Assembly: GCA_963796105.1 (NCBI GenBank)
Contig: CAWCKJ010000003.1
Location: 768,001 to 832,000, forward strand
DNA from: a candidate division FCPU426 bacterium
GTDB taxonomy: Bacteria; Oederibacteriota; Muellerivitia; Muellerivitales; Muellerivitaceae
DNA length: 64,000 nt
Reading direction: 5' to 3'
In this document: positions 1 through 10,263 of the stretch, in pieces
Layout of the letters: every line of letters starts with the position of its first letter
Numbering within the stretch: the stretch's first letter is position 1
The notes under the pieces: model-generated
What the model was told of the DNA's origin: nothing
The model's input: the letters and a program-made list of their open reading frames with translations, nothing else
Databases searched by the model: none
Made by a program: the position numbers and the translations under genes

Positions 1-242
1 ACGAAATTCAATGTAAAAACTCACCCCAGCGATCCGATTCGTTTACCGCCCGGAAGGGAAAGGAAATCACCCGCGGTCATCCAACGACGGAAGCTCCCAT
101 TCGGAAGCTTTACTTCCATCGGCCCTTAATTTATCGAGTTATTCCCCTATGGAGTCACTGCCGGATTTTATTCAAATGTTAAATCTTTTTTAGGGCGGCC
201 CGAACGGGTTCATGGTTATAATATGGTTAGTAAGGGGGCAAC

Positions 243-611
243 ATGCCTGAGGGAAATATTTTCATCGAGAAGCGGACCCATCCGCGGGTTTCGGAAACCA
301 TACCCATTAAATACTATATTTTCGAGGATCCGATCCAGGATTGCATCAAAAGGGAAAAAGACTCCCAAACCCTGGACTTGAGCTTGGGCGGGGTTTATCT
401 CAAGGCCGACCAGGATTTGAAAGTCGGGACGATCCTTCGTTTGAACATCACCCTGCCAAACATGCCCGAAACCATTCCCACCTTCGCCGAGGTCTGCTGG
501 GTCAGCTCGAAAGGGGCGGGGCTTCACTTTCTGGTCATGTCGGAAGACGACGAGGAAGCCTTAAAAACCTATATCTCCAAGAAGATGGTCGATAAAAAAT
601 CCGATAAATAA
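243..611 (+). CDS. Stand-alone PilZ-domain protein (c-di-GMP receptor)
   Basis: EKRTHPR (RxxxR) and DLSLGG (D/NxSxxG) PilZ motifs. Confidence 0.85.
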   Translation: MPEGNIFIEKRTHPRVSETIPIKYYIFEDPIQDCIKREKDSQTLDLSLGGVYLKADQDLKVGTILRLNITLPNMPETIPTFAEVCWVSSKGAGLHFLVMSEDDEEALKTYISKKMVDKKSDK

Positions 612-663
612 AACCCCTTTTTTGTTCCAGTCCATCAGCATCCCCCGAAAAACACCAGAAACA

Positions 664-1320
664 TTATCCCCGATGATGCCGTATATCTTTTCCCATGACC
701 ATGTATATGACGTCCTCGGCCACATTGGTGGCGTGGTCGGCGATTCTCTCTAAGTATCGGGAGACCAGGATGAGGTCCAGCGCCCTCTTGATGTTGACCC
801 GGTCCTCCAGCATGTAGCTGATGAGTTCCCGGATGAGCTGGTCGTTGAGGTTGTCCACCTCGTCGTCCCGCTCGCAAACCTTCCGGGCCATGGCGGCGTC
901 CCGGTTCACCAGGGAGTCCAGGGAAACCTTGACCATTTCCTGCGCGATGGAGGCCAAATGGGGAATGTCGATCAAGGGCTTCAGGGGGGCCACCTCGTTC
1001 AAAGTAAGAGCCCTCTCACAGATGTTGACCGCCAAGTCCCCCATGCGCTCCAGGTCCGAGTTGATCTTCATGGAGCTGGTGATGAAGCGCATGTCCCCCG
1101 CCATGGGCTGGTGCAGGGCCAGGAGCTTGTGGCAGACCTCGTCCACCTCGATCTCCAGGTCGTTGATGTCCCTGTCGCTTTGCATGACCCTCCGTGCCAG
1201 TTTGGAGTCCCGGTCCACGATGGATTTCATGGCCAGGCGGATGGACTCCTCAACCTTGCTTCCCATGAGAAGGATTTTTTCCTTCAGGCCCGCTAATTCC
1301 TCATCGAATAATATTTCCAT
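664..1320 (-). CDS. phoU: Phosphate signalling protein PhoU
   Basis: DLERMGDLA and LERIADHATN PhoU repeats; last gene of the pst operon. Confidence 0.97.
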   Translation of the reverse strand: MEILFDEELAGLKEKILLMGSKVEESIRLAMKSIVDRDSKLARRVMQSDRDINDLEIEVDEVCHKLLALHQPMAGDMRFITSSMKINSDLERMGDLAVNICERALTLNEVAPLKPLIDIPHLASIAQEMVKVSLDSLVNRDAAMARKVCERDDEVDNLNDQLIRELISYMLEDRVNIKRALDLILVSRYLERIADHATNVAEDVIYMVMGKDIRHHRG

Positions 1321-1356
1321 TCCCTGCTCCTCAATTGTGTCGTGATTTTAAACGGC

Positions 1357-2232
1357 TCAGCCGAATCGTCCCGTGATGTAGTCTTCCGTCAGCTTGTTCG
1401 CTGGATTGGTGAACACTTTCTCGGTATTGTCGTACTCCACGAGTTTCCCGTTCAGCATGAAGGCGGTCTTCTGGGAAACCCGCGCGGCCTGCTGCATGTT
1501 GTGGGTGACAATGATAATGGTGTAATTTTGCTTCAATTCGTGGATAAGTTCCTCAACTTTCGACGTGGAAATGGGGTCCAGGGCCGAGCAGGGCTCGTCC
1601 ATGAGAAGCACCTCCAAATCCACCGCGAGGGCGCGGGCGATGCAAAGCCTCTGCTGCTGGCCCCCGGAGAGGGCGGCTCCCGGCTTTTGCAGGGAATCCT
1701 TGACCTCCTCCCAAAGGGCGGCCTTCATAAGGCTTTTTTCCATGGCCTCATCCAGCCTCTTCCTGTCGCGCACCCCGTTCAACCTCAAGCCTGCCACCAC
1801 GTTGTCATAAATGGAAAGGGTTGGAAATGGCGTGGGCTTCTGGAAAACCATCCCTACACGCCGACGCACGTCCACAGGATCCATGGCCTTGCTGTAAATG
1901 CTCGTCCCGTCAAGAGTGATGTCCCCCGCAAAGCGGGAGTTCGCCACGGTCTCGTGCATCCGGTTGAAGCAGCGAATCAAGGTGGATTTGCCGCATCCAG
2001 AGGGCCCGATGATGGCAGTCACTTCCCTCTCGTGGATTTCCATCTCCACGGAAAACAGGGCCTGCTTATCGCCGAACCAGGCGCAGGCTTTATGGACGCC
2101 CATCTTGACCTTTAATTCCACGCCGGATGGTTCCTGGTGAGCCACCTCGATCTTGCGGGCTTCTTTTTTTCCGATTCCTGGTTCCACTTGGGCCCTCTTT
2201 TCTTCCCCTTTTTGAGTCAATTCCTCAAGCAT
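1357..2232 (-). CDS. pstB: Phosphate ABC transporter ATPase
   Basis: [36 protein letters not shown]-terminal YITGRFG. Confidence 0.97.
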   Translation of the reverse strand: MLEELTQKGEEKRAQVEPGIGKKEARKIEVAHQEPSGVELKVKMGVHKACAWFGDKQALFSVEMEIHEREVTAIIGPSGCGKSTLIRCFNRMHETVANSRFAGDITLDGTSIYSKAMDPVDVRRRVGMVFQKPTPFPTLSIYDNVVAGLRLNGVRDRKRLDEAMEKSLMKAALWEEVKDSLQKPGAALSGGQQQRLCIARALAVDLEVLLMDEPCSALDPISTSKVEELIHELKQNYTIIIVTHNMQQAARVSQKTAFMLNGKLVEYDNTEKVFTNPANKLTEDYITGRFG

Positions 2233-2332
2233 ATTTCCTCCCCCATCTCTAACCGGATTTCAGCCCGGCAAATTCTTTAATCAGTTTGTCTCTTCGTTCA
2301 GACGGATTTTTCTGATCCGTCCATGACTCCAA

Positions 2333-3184
2333 TCACCGCAGAAGCTGGCGGGGATTCTTGAAAAACATTTTCGCGGCCCCGTTGATGACCAGCACCAGTC
2401 CTAAAAGAACCAGGGCGCCGGTCCAGGCCTGATCCTGCCAATCCTTGAAAGGCGAGATGGCGTAAGTGAAAACCTGAACCGTCAGGGAAGCCGTTGGTTC
2501 GTTGATTCCCTTGGGCCAAAATTGGTTGTTGAAGGCAGTGAACAGAAGAGGCGCGGTTTCTCCAGCGATGCGGGCGATGGAAAGCAGGACACCGGTCAGG
2601 ATGCCGTTTTTCGCCGTGCGAATCACCACGCTTAAAATGGTCGTGGACTGCGGCACACCGAGAGCCCAGGAGGCCTCCCGGATGGAATGCGGCACCATCT
2701 TGACCAGTTCCTCGGTCGTGCGGGTGACGATGGGGATCATCATGAACCCCAGGGCCACGCCCCCCGCCAAGGCCGAGAAATTGTGCATGGGCCTGACGAT
2801 CAAGGCGTAAGCCACGATGCCCGTCACGATGGAGGGCACGCCCGAGAGCACGTCGGCCGTGAAGCGCACCATCCAGGCGAACTTGTTCTTCTTGCCGAAC
2901 TCGGAGAGATAGACGCCCGCCAAAATGCCGATGGGCAGTCCCACGCAGGAGGCGACCAGAACCAGGGTCAAAGTGCCTAATATGGAATTGGCCATTCCCC
3001 CGCCTTCCACCCCCACCGGAGTGGGAAGGCTCGTCAGGAAAGTCCAGTTCAAGCGCCGGAAACCCTGGATCACAACGTACCCTAAAAGGCTCAAAAGCGG
3101 GATCATAGCGATAAAGGCTGCGAACCCACAGAGGAATACCATGGTCCTGTCGATGATTTTTCTCTTCAAATGGTGCTCGAACAT
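2333..3184 (-). CDS. pstA: Phosphate ABC transporter permease PstA
   Basis: GVPSIVTG and RIAGETAPLL motifs; ATG at 3184 chosen over the longer track ORF, which overlaps pstC. Confidence 0.95.
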   Translation of the reverse strand: MFEHHLKRKIIDRTMVFLCGFAAFIAMIPLLSLLGYVVIQGFRRLNWTFLTSLPTPVGVEGGGMANSILGTLTLVLVASCVGLPIGILAGVYLSEFGKKNKFAWMVRFTADVLSGVPSIVTGIVAYALIVRPMHNFSALAGGVALGFMMIPIVTRTTEELVKMVPHSIREASWALGVPQSTTILSVVIRTAKNGILTGVLLSIARIAGETAPLLFTAFNNQFWPKGINEPTASLTVQVFTYAISPFKDWQDQAWTGALVLLGLVLVINGAAKMFFKNPRQLLR

Positions 3185-3200
3185 TTCTGGTTTTCCTTTT

Positions 3201-4181
3201 TTATCGCTGGAATTTCGAGGTCGTGAACCAGACCAACAGATGGGCCACAACGTTTAAAATCAACGTGATGGCCATCAATAAAAGGCCGATTTCAGCCAGG
3301 GCGGAGATATGGATGTCCCCCACCGCCTCCGAAAACTCATTGGCGATGACGCTGGCCATGCTGTGGGAGGGGTCCAGCAGGTTCATGGAGACCTGGGGCC
3401 GGTTGCCGATGACCATGGTCACCGCCATGGTTTCCCCCAAGGCCCTTCCAAGGGCCAGCATGATTGCTCCCAAGAGGCCTACTTTGGAGGGCTTCAGGAC
3501 CGCCAATTGGATGGTTTCCCAGCTCGTGGCCCCCAGGGCCTTGGCGGATTCCCGGAAACTGTTGGGGACCGCCTCGAAAACCTCCCGGCTGATGGCCGTG
3601 ATGGTGGGAAGAATCATGACAGAAAGGATCACCCCGGCGGTGAAGAGGGACAATCCGGTGGAAGGACCCTTGAAGAAGGGCGCCCCAAGGAACTTCATTA
3701 AAAACGGGTCCACATGGACGCGCATGAATGGCGCCAGGAGAAAAATTCCCCAAAGGCCGTAAACCACGCTGGGAATAGCCGCGAGAGTCTCCACGAGGAA
3801 AGCCACGGGCTCCCGCATTTTCATGGGGGCGAGTTCCGTGAGAAAAAGGGCGATACCCAGCCCGAATGGCGTAGCGATTAACAGGGCAATGAATGAGGAA
3901 GCCAAGGTGCCGTAAACGTAAGGGACCGCGCCGAAGATCCCGTTGATGGGGTCCCAATCGGATGAGGTCAGGAACTGCCAGCCCATCTTATGCATGGCGG
4001 GCAGGGAGGCGTGCCAAAGGGTGAAAGCCGTCATGACGGCCAGGAAAAGGATCAGAAAGGCGAAAAAGGCGGTGAGTTTCCGGAACAGGCTGTCCACGAA
4101 AGCTGCTTCCCGGAACTTAGAAAAAAACGGGGGGGCCTTCGCGGCCCCCCCGTTCCCTGTAATCTCTGCTGTTTGGTTCAA
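3201..4181 (-). CDS. pstC: Phosphate ABC transporter permease PstC
   Basis: AAIPSVVYGLWG and GRALGETMAV motifs. Confidence 0.95.
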   Translation of the reverse strand: MNQTAEITGNGGAAKAPPFFSKFREAAFVDSLFRKLTAFFAFLILFLAVMTAFTLWHASLPAMHKMGWQFLTSSDWDPINGIFGAVPYVYGTLASSFIALLIATPFGLGIALFLTELAPMKMREPVAFLVETLAAIPSVVYGLWGIFLLAPFMRVHVDPFLMKFLGAPFFKGPSTGLSLFTAGVILSVMILPTITAISREVFEAVPNSFRESAKALGATSWETIQLAVLKPSKVGLLGAIMLALGRALGETMAVTMVIGNRPQVSMNLLDPSHSMASVIANEFSEAVGDIHISALAEIGLLLMAITLILNVVAHLLVWFTTSKFQR

Positions 4182-4222
4182 TTCAACCCCGCTTCAAATT
4201 TCATGACTTTTTTTGAGGCTTG

Positions 4223-5242
4223 TTAGTACTTCACTTGTTCGATCTGGGCTTTCACTTTTGTCACGAGCGACTCAGGCAAAGGAGCGTACAACAGCTCAGC
4301 CGCCATGTCCTCGCCCTCGGTCAAATACCACTTGAGAAAATCAGTCAAGGCTTTGCCGTTATCCGCGTTCTGGATGCCCTTGGGGATCAAGAGCCAGGTG
4401 AAACCGCAGATGGGATAGGCGTTCTCGCCGCCCGCGTTGGTGATCATCACGCGGAAATCCTTCGGCATGTGCTTGACAGCTCCCGCGGCCGCCGCAGTGG
4501 TGGACTCAACGGAAGGATTCACGTAATTTCCAGCCTTGTTCTTCATCTCAGCGTAGGGCAGTTTATTCTTGACTGCATAGGCCAATTCCACGTACCCGAT
4601 GGTTCCGGGAATCTGCTGGATCAGGCCCGCCACGCCCTCATTTCCCTTCCCGCCGACGCCCACCGGCCATTTCACCGAGGTTCCAAAACCCACGGTGGAG
4701 GCCCATTTGGTGCTGACCTTGGTGAGGTAGTTGGTGAAGATATTGGTGGTTCCGCTTCCGTCCGAGCGGTGCGCCACAGTGATGACGGTGTCGGGCAGCG
4801 TCGCGCCGGAGTTCAACTCGGCGATGGCCGGGTCGTTCCACTTGGTGATGCCGCCGCTATAGATGCCTTCCAAAACTTCGGCGTTTAATTTCAATTTTTC
4901 AATGCCGGAAAGATTGTAGGAGATGGCCACAGCGCCTGCCACGGTCGGGAAATGAAGGACCCCGCCGCTGATCTTGGCCATCTGCTCGTCCGACATGGGA
5001 GCGTCGGAGGCGCCGAAATCCACGGTCCCGTTCGTCAACTGCTGGATTCCCCCGCCGGAACCGATGGACTGGTAATTGATCTGCACCCCGGTCTTCTTGT
5101 TGTACTCGTAGAACCACTTGGAATAGATGGGATAGGGGAAGGTGGCTCCCGCTCCGTTCAGCGAAGCGGCGGCCGCGGCTCCCGCTCCCATCAGGGTGGC
5201 GCCCATGAGCGCTCCCGCTAGAATCTTTCCTAATTTATTCAT
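4223..5242 (-). CDS. pstS: Phosphate-binding protein PstS
   Basis: Signal peptide; GAGATFPYP, YQSIGSGGG, DFGASD, RSDGSGTT. Confidence 0.97.
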   Translation of the reverse strand: MNKLGKILAGALMGATLMGAGAAAAASLNGAGATFPYPIYSKWFYEYNKKTGVQINYQSIGSGGGIQQLTNGTVDFGASDAPMSDEQMAKISGGVLHFPTVAGAVAISYNLSGIEKLKLNAEVLEGIYSGGITKWNDPAIAELNSGATLPDTVITVAHRSDGSGTTNIFTNYLTKVSTKWASTVGFGTSVKWPVGVGGKGNEGVAGLIQQIPGTIGYVELAYAVKNKLPYAEMKNKAGNYVNPSVESTTAAAAGAVKHMPKDFRVMITNAGGENAYPICGFTWLLIPKGIQNADNGKALTDFLKWYLTEGEDMAAELLYAPLPESLVTKVKAQIEQVKY

Positions 5243-5293
5243 CTTTTTCTCCTCTTTTCGCTTTAGATTTTAAGGCTCATCCCAGGGGCGGTT

Positions 5294-5310
5294 TGTTACA
5301 TCCGCGTTAA
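5294..5310 (-). promoter_or_regulatory. Candidate Pho-box-like operator upstream of pstS
   Basis: TGTTACATCCGCGTTAA, GTTA half-sites 11 bp apart; 15/17 identical to 7852-7868. Confidence 0.5.
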
Positions 5311-5398
5311 ATCCCCCTGAGCCCCCCTTTGGGAGGGGGGCTAGGAGGGGAGAGGGGGTCGGCCCGGTTCCCTGATTGCCGGGCGGCCCCTTGAGAAA

Positions 5399-6877
5399 TT
5401 AGAAGCTCATCAAAAGATCGACATAGGTGAGGTATTCCGGATTGATGGATGTCCCTCCCAGCTTGTCGTTAGGCGCACCCAGCCATACGTAATTCTGGTC
5501 GTACACGTGGCAAACGGCCCAGGACGTCACCATCAGCTGGACGTTGTTCTCCAAGCCGTAGGTGAGGTTCGCCTTGAGGTATTCCCGGTTGTTGTTTCCC
5601 GGATCGTCGTCCGTCAGGAAGCCCAATTGGGCGTTCGGCTCCAGGTATCCCACCGCGAGGAAGCCGGCCAGGTCGCCCTTGGCCTTCACCGCGTTGATGT
5701 TAACCTGTGCGAAGAAACCGAATTGGTTCGACAATTTGGGAAGAACGACCCCATTTTGGGTCGATCCGTCCTGGTAAACCCCCTTGAGAGGCATCTTGCT
5801 GAGGGTCTGGTTTTCCCCGAGAGGCACGTAGAAGGAATTCAGGTTGTCGATCCCGTGAAAAGTCCAGCCAATGGGTATCCCACCCACCACGTGATTAATC
5901 TTGATCATTCCCTCAAGCATTTGGATGTTGGGGATCGAACCGCCGAAATCCCAGATCATTCCGTCAGAGCCCACCAAGGCGTTGTTCAAGGCCAAGGCTC
6001 CGTTCGGCGGGGCGACGATATTACCGCCCGCCAGAGCCGTCACGTTCGGGATGTACTCATATCCCGCCATGAGGGTGGCGTTGGTGTCGGTGTCGAACTT
6101 GAGAAGCTGCTCAAGCTGGAAATTGGCCATGTATTCGTCGGTGTCGGCACCGGCCGGGTAAAGAATGACCGACGTCACGCCGTTGCTGTTGACGTTGTTG
6201 ATGGCTTCAGACCCGCCGCCGTTCTGGTTGGCCAAATCGAAATAGGTAGCCCGGAATTTGGTGTTCGTGTTGGCGTTGGACAACTCCAACAGCACGCCTT
6301 CCGGCACGATGTCCGGATCCCAGGTGATGGGGGACACCAACAGGGGATTCGGCATTTTCCCAGCGGTAATCTTGACGGCTTTGTTCAGCCAGGACGGCGT
6401 ATAGGTTAAGTAAGCCTGGTCGATGAACAAGGACGCATCCACGAAGCCCGCGTCAAATGTCTGGTTCTCGCTGTTGGGGTTGTTGCTGGAGCCGGTGGAA
6501 ATCCTCAAGCCGCCGGTAACGTCACCGTCGGTCTTCATCACCCCGAGGCGCGCCCGAAAACGTCCCCGCGTGATGTCTTGGATGGGCCCGCCGGAGGTGA
6601 GGGCCGTTCCCGCGGTGTTCAACAACTCAGGATCCGACTGGACCTGCGTCCTGTAATCGAACCGAACACGGACATCCCCGAAGAACTTCAAGCCCAATAT
6701 CTTCTCGATATCGGACAGGCGGCTTGCTTCCGTTCCCAGGGCGGAGTTCATGTCCTCCCTGAGCGTTCCCAGTGAATCTTGCTCCGAAGCGTCTTCCCCT
6801 TGTGCGGCGGATACGGGCGCGGTCAGGACCGCCAACCCCGCTGCCAGGTAGAGTAAAAACATCCAGAACCTTTTCAT
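5399..6877 (-). CDS. Putative outer-membrane porin (Porin_5-like)
   Basis: Signal peptide, GDVRVRF, RFRARLG, GLRISTG, IDQAY, C-terminal Phe; directly upstream of pstS. Confidence 0.75.
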   Translation of the reverse strand: MKRFWMFLLYLAAGLAVLTAPVSAAQGEDASEQDSLGTLREDMNSALGTEASRLSDIEKILGLKFFGDVRVRFDYRTQVQSDPELLNTAGTALTSGGPIQDITRGRFRARLGVMKTDGDVTGGLRISTGSSNNPNSENQTFDAGFVDASLFIDQAYLTYTPSWLNKAVKITAGKMPNPLLVSPITWDPDIVPEGVLLELSNANTNTKFRATYFDLANQNGGGSEAINNVNSNGVTSVILYPAGADTDEYMANFQLEQLLKFDTDTNATLMAGYEYIPNVTALAGGNIVAPPNGALALNNALVGSDGMIWDFGGSIPNIQMLEGMIKINHVVGGIPIGWTFHGIDNLNSFYVPLGENQTLSKMPLKGVYQDGSTQNGVVLPKLSNQFGFFAQVNINAVKAKGDLAGFLAVGYLEPNAQLGFLTDDDPGNNNREYLKANLTYGLENNVQLMVTSWAVCHVYDQNYVWLGAPNDKLGGTSINPEYLTYVDLLMSF

Positions 6878-7045
6878 AATCTCTCCTTCTTCTTTTTTAT
6901 TTTTTCAACCCGGTAATCGGGCTTTCAGCCTTCTTCTTGGTGGTCGTCGATGTGTGTTGGTAAACCTTAAACCGGCTTTCAAATTTGACTTTCCTTCTTA
7001 GGGCCCCTAAAAACTCACGCGGAACCCTTTCTTCCCAGCCGGTTC

Positions 7046-7693
7046 TTAGAACGGGCAGGTCTTGATATTCAACTCGTAGTCAACCGAGGTACCTTGCGCC
7101 GCGGGCAGGACCCAAATGTCGGAGCCCGTGATACCCCCCGCGACATTCGTATAATAGGAAGTCCCGGCGGTTCCCCCAGTCTTGCTTCCCAAGGTGAAGG
7201 TGGTGATGCCGTTATTAGCCTTGTCCTGGGTGTAACGGCACAACAACACGTAATTGCCGGCGCTCAGGCTTGTGCTAGTGATCGGTACATTGATCCATTG
7301 CGCCGTGACTGCCGCGCTGAAGACCTGGACTTTCCCAGTGTTGCTCACGCTTGTGGCTTTTCCGCCGCTGACGGAGAACAACGCCGTTTCCAGCATGTCG
7401 GTTCCCGGCATCGGAGTGGTGGTCGTATCCTCCGAGCAATAAACGCTGAACTGCGTGATGGTCGTGGCCTTGGCCAGGCTGACCGCAAAACCCGCCACAT
7501 CGGCGTTGTTCATGACTGTCGTCATGTCAATGCCGGCCGCTACGTCGTTGTTGCCGTTGATCGGGCAGACTGTCGGCGTGGCTGTCGCCGCGGCCGCGGC
7601 GTGGGTGATGGTGTTGTTGGCGTTGCAAGCCAGCGACAGCATCCCCCCTATCGACAAAATCGCGAAGCCCCAGATGACAAAAATCTTTTTCAC
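7046..7693 (-). CDS. Hypothetical lipoprotein
   Basis: GTG start at 7693 after a GGGAGG RBS; signal peptide with LSLAC lipobox-like site. Confidence 0.65.
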   Translation of the reverse strand: MKKIFVIWGFAILSIGGMLSLACNANNTITHAAAAATATPTVCPINGNNDVAAGIDMTTVMNNADVAGFAVSLAKATTITQFSVYCSEDTTTTPMPGTDMLETALFSVSGGKATSVSNTGKVQVFSAAVTAQWINVPITSTSLSAGNYVLLCRYTQDKANNGITTFTLGSKTGGTAGTSYYTNVAGGITGSDIWVLPAAQGTSVDYELNIKTCPF

Positions 7694-7851
7694 AAAAACC
7701 TCCCGTAAATTGAGTTGAATTTTTCCCGGTCCGGATTCTTCGGTTTCCTTGAGGGATTGAAAATCGAGGTGTCGAGGAGTGAACAAAAACCGAGCCGAGT
7801 GAATTTCGTGGGGGAATTTACAAAAGGGGGGTGCTGGGAACATTTCAAGGA

Positions 7852-7868
7852 TGTTAAATCGGCGTTAA
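7852..7868 (-). promoter_or_regulatory. Candidate Pho-box-like operator
   Basis: TGTTAAATCGGCGTTAA, near copy of the motif upstream of pstS. Confidence 0.5.
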
Positions 7869-7977
7869 CTTCGGCATGCATTTAACAGCTATTCACTAAC
7901 ATGGACTTAAACCAGGTGGAAATAATTGAACGTTTCCAGCAACAAACCAGACAAAATAATAGGCACCTCGCCTAAAA

Positions 7978-8005
7978 CAAAAAAAGCCCGCCGGGCAGGG
8001 CGGGC
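7978..8005 (-). terminator. Probable intrinsic terminator for the 8044 gene
   Basis: GCCCGCC...GGCGGGC stem preceded by an A-tract on + (U-tail on -). Confidence 0.55.
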
Positions 8006-8043
8006 ACGGTCTTTTCAATTGTTTTACCGGTTGTTCAACGGGC

Positions 8044-8193
8044 TTAATTCAAAGATGGAACCACGGTCAATAGGAATATGCACTCAGGGCAGTACAACAA
8101 GTGGTATTCCACGTCGGCCTTTTCCGAATCCGTCAATTTCCCCGCGCGGTAAAGATCCAGCATCTTTTTTATCTTCTCGCAATCCTCATCCAT
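8044..8193 (-). CDS. Small zf-HC2 (anti-sigma-type zinc finger) protein
   Basis: C-x(25)-HLLYCPEC pattern, HxxxCxxC; ATG at 8193 with a GGGGAG RBS. Confidence 0.6.
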   Translation of the reverse strand: MDEDCEKIKKMLDLYRAGKLTDSEKADVEYHLLYCPECIFLLTVVPSLN

Positions 8194-8303
8194 GACTCCC
8201 CTCGCTTTCCGGCGTCCATAGGCGTCGCGCGGCCGCCCCTTCTCTTTCATTTCCAGGCGTTAAGGCCGCTCCAAGCGTACAACCTGACTGCTAACTAAAT
8301 TAA

Positions 8304-8320
8304 TGCATCAACCATGCCAA
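8304..8320 (-). promoter_or_regulatory. Candidate sigma-54 promoter
   Basis: Minus strand TTGGCATGGTTGATGCA, GG-N10-GC spacing. Confidence 0.4.
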
Positions 8321-8350
8321 CTCACGGGAGCGTAAAACTAAGGAAATAGA

Positions 8351-9724
8351 TGATAAACGTCAGATCATCGCTAACCGTTAAAAACGTCACATCATTGATG
8401 ACTGCCTCTTTAGAAGGAGTAAAAATTATACTCATGAACATCTCTTGAAAGGGAGATATTCATGAAGGAGGAAGCGCAAAAAGAACGCATTTTAGCTGTG
8501 GAAAAGTACCAAAAGGGTGAAAGTCCCACCGCCATCTGTAGAGCCTTGGGGCATTCCAAATTTTGGCTCTACAAATGGCTGAAGCGTTATAAGACCAAAA
8601 AAAAAGGCTTGGTACGTCGAGGGATCGAGAGCCCGGCAACGCTATCCGGATCGCACGAAGGAGGAAATTGAAAAGGCCGTTCAGATGGTTCGTCTCCAAC
8701 TCTACAACCAGGGGGTGTTTTGCGGAACGCAAGCCATACTGGGTGAGTTGGCGGACCTGGGGATTCAATCGCTTCCATCGCCCAGTACTGTGGACCGAAT
8801 CCTGAGGCGCAATCAACTGACCCATCGAAGGACGGGGCGGTATTTTGCCAAAGGAACGCCCTATCCAAAGCTTTCAGGACATGCTGTGAATGAGCTGCAG
8901 CAAGCGGACTGGGTGGGACCGAATTACCTTTTGGGAGGACCTCGGTTTTACAGTTTGAACGCAGTGGACCTGGCCACGGGACGTTGTGGAATCCAACCGT
9001 CGTTGGGAAGGGATGGGCAGAGCGTTTTTAACGCATTCTGGGCCATTTGGAGGCGTTTGGGAATCCCCCAGAACCTCCAGGTGGATAACGCCGAGGAGTT
9101 TTATGGAAGTCCGAAGTATCCGAGGGGAATGGGGCCTTTAATCCGGCTTTGCCTGCATCAGGGCATTGAATTGTGGTTCATTCCACCGGCAGAGCCCTGG
9201 CGCAACGGAGTGGTGGAAAAGTTCAACGACCACTACGAACAAAAATTCCTGGGGAAAGTGAACCTGAGACCGGGAAAGGCTCTGTGGACGAAATCTCTCG
9301 GGTTCGAGAACAAACACAACAGCCGGTACCGCTACAGCAAGCTCAAGGGCAGGACGCCTTTACAGGCCCTGGAAGGATTGGGGGAGAAGCCGAGATTTCC
9401 TTACGAAACCCAACCACCCCAACATCCGTTGTCCAAACCGACGAGTGGGAAATACCACTTGGTTCGGCTGATACGGAGCAACCACCGGTTGAACATGTTC
9501 GGAGAGATGTTCGAAGTGCCTAAAAGTCTAACCCATGAGTATGTAGTGGGGACAGTAGATGTTCGAAGGCAGAAACTAGAACTGTTCCATGATGGCTTGA
9601 AGGCGGAGGAGTACGATTACAAACTGCGGTAGAAAGAGGTTGTCCCAGGAGGGCTAAGAGCCCTCCTGGAGAGTTATCGATGATGTGACGTATCTTTAAG
9701 TCATCGATGATCTGACGTTTATCA
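8351..9724 (+). mobile_element. IS481-like insertion sequence (1374 bp)
   Basis: Perfect 20-bp terminal IR TGATAAACGTCAGATCATCG plus an inner repeated copy at each end; 6-bp target duplication AATAGA at 8345-8350 and 9725-9730. Confidence 0.9.
8462..9632 (+). pseudogene. IS481-family DDE transposase, frameshifted at A9 run 8597-8605
   Basis: HTH N-terminus (8462-8671) continues in the +1 frame as KAWYVEGSRARQRYPDRTKEEIEKAVQM into an rve core (QADW, QVDNAEEF, NGVVEKFN). Confidence 0.85.
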
Positions 9725-9891
9725 AATAGACGTTTCCCAATCACTCCTACTATATAGACGCGCGGGGAGGTGGAATTATTCCGACAGAAATATCGATTTG
9801 TGTTTTATTTTTGCCGAGTTTGGTTACCAGATGGTTACTTTAATTGTGGGAAACAGCCCCGCTTATCAGGCCGCAATGTTTCATCAAGGGG

Positions 9892-10263
9892 TCATCGACT
9901 GGGATAGGCCTTCTCAAGATATTCCTTGAATGCATTCATGTCGTCTTCTTTCATGGCCAGGAAACGAACACCACCGCCCATCTCGTTCGTCCAAAGCACC
10001 TCGGCGAAAGCCTTCAGTTTTTTCTCCGGGCCCGGAAGCAATAGTTCCAAACTCAGGATATTCCCTTTCGTTAACCTAAGCCCCGCGAGTATGAACATAC
10101 CGCCCAGGCTTATATCCGCGGTGCGGGAAACATATTCCTTGTTCTCCCGGTCAAGAATACTCTCAATCTTTCCATGGGACGTAATGACCTTGAAAGTGAT
10201 GGGGATTTTAACCGTAATCCTCGGCTGGGTCCGTTTTTCATTGAGGAGAAAAGCATCCGGCAT
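9892..10263 (-). CDS. Stand-alone PilZ-domain protein
   Basis: EKRTQPR and DISLGG; colinear with the 243-611 protein; ATG at 10263 preferred. Confidence 0.85.
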   Translation of the reverse strand: MPDAFLLNEKRTQPRITVKIPITFKVITSHGKIESILDRENKEYVSRTADISLGGMFILAGLRLTKGNILSLELLLPGPEKKLKAFAEVLWTNEMGGGVRFLAMKEDDMNAFKEYLEKAYPSR

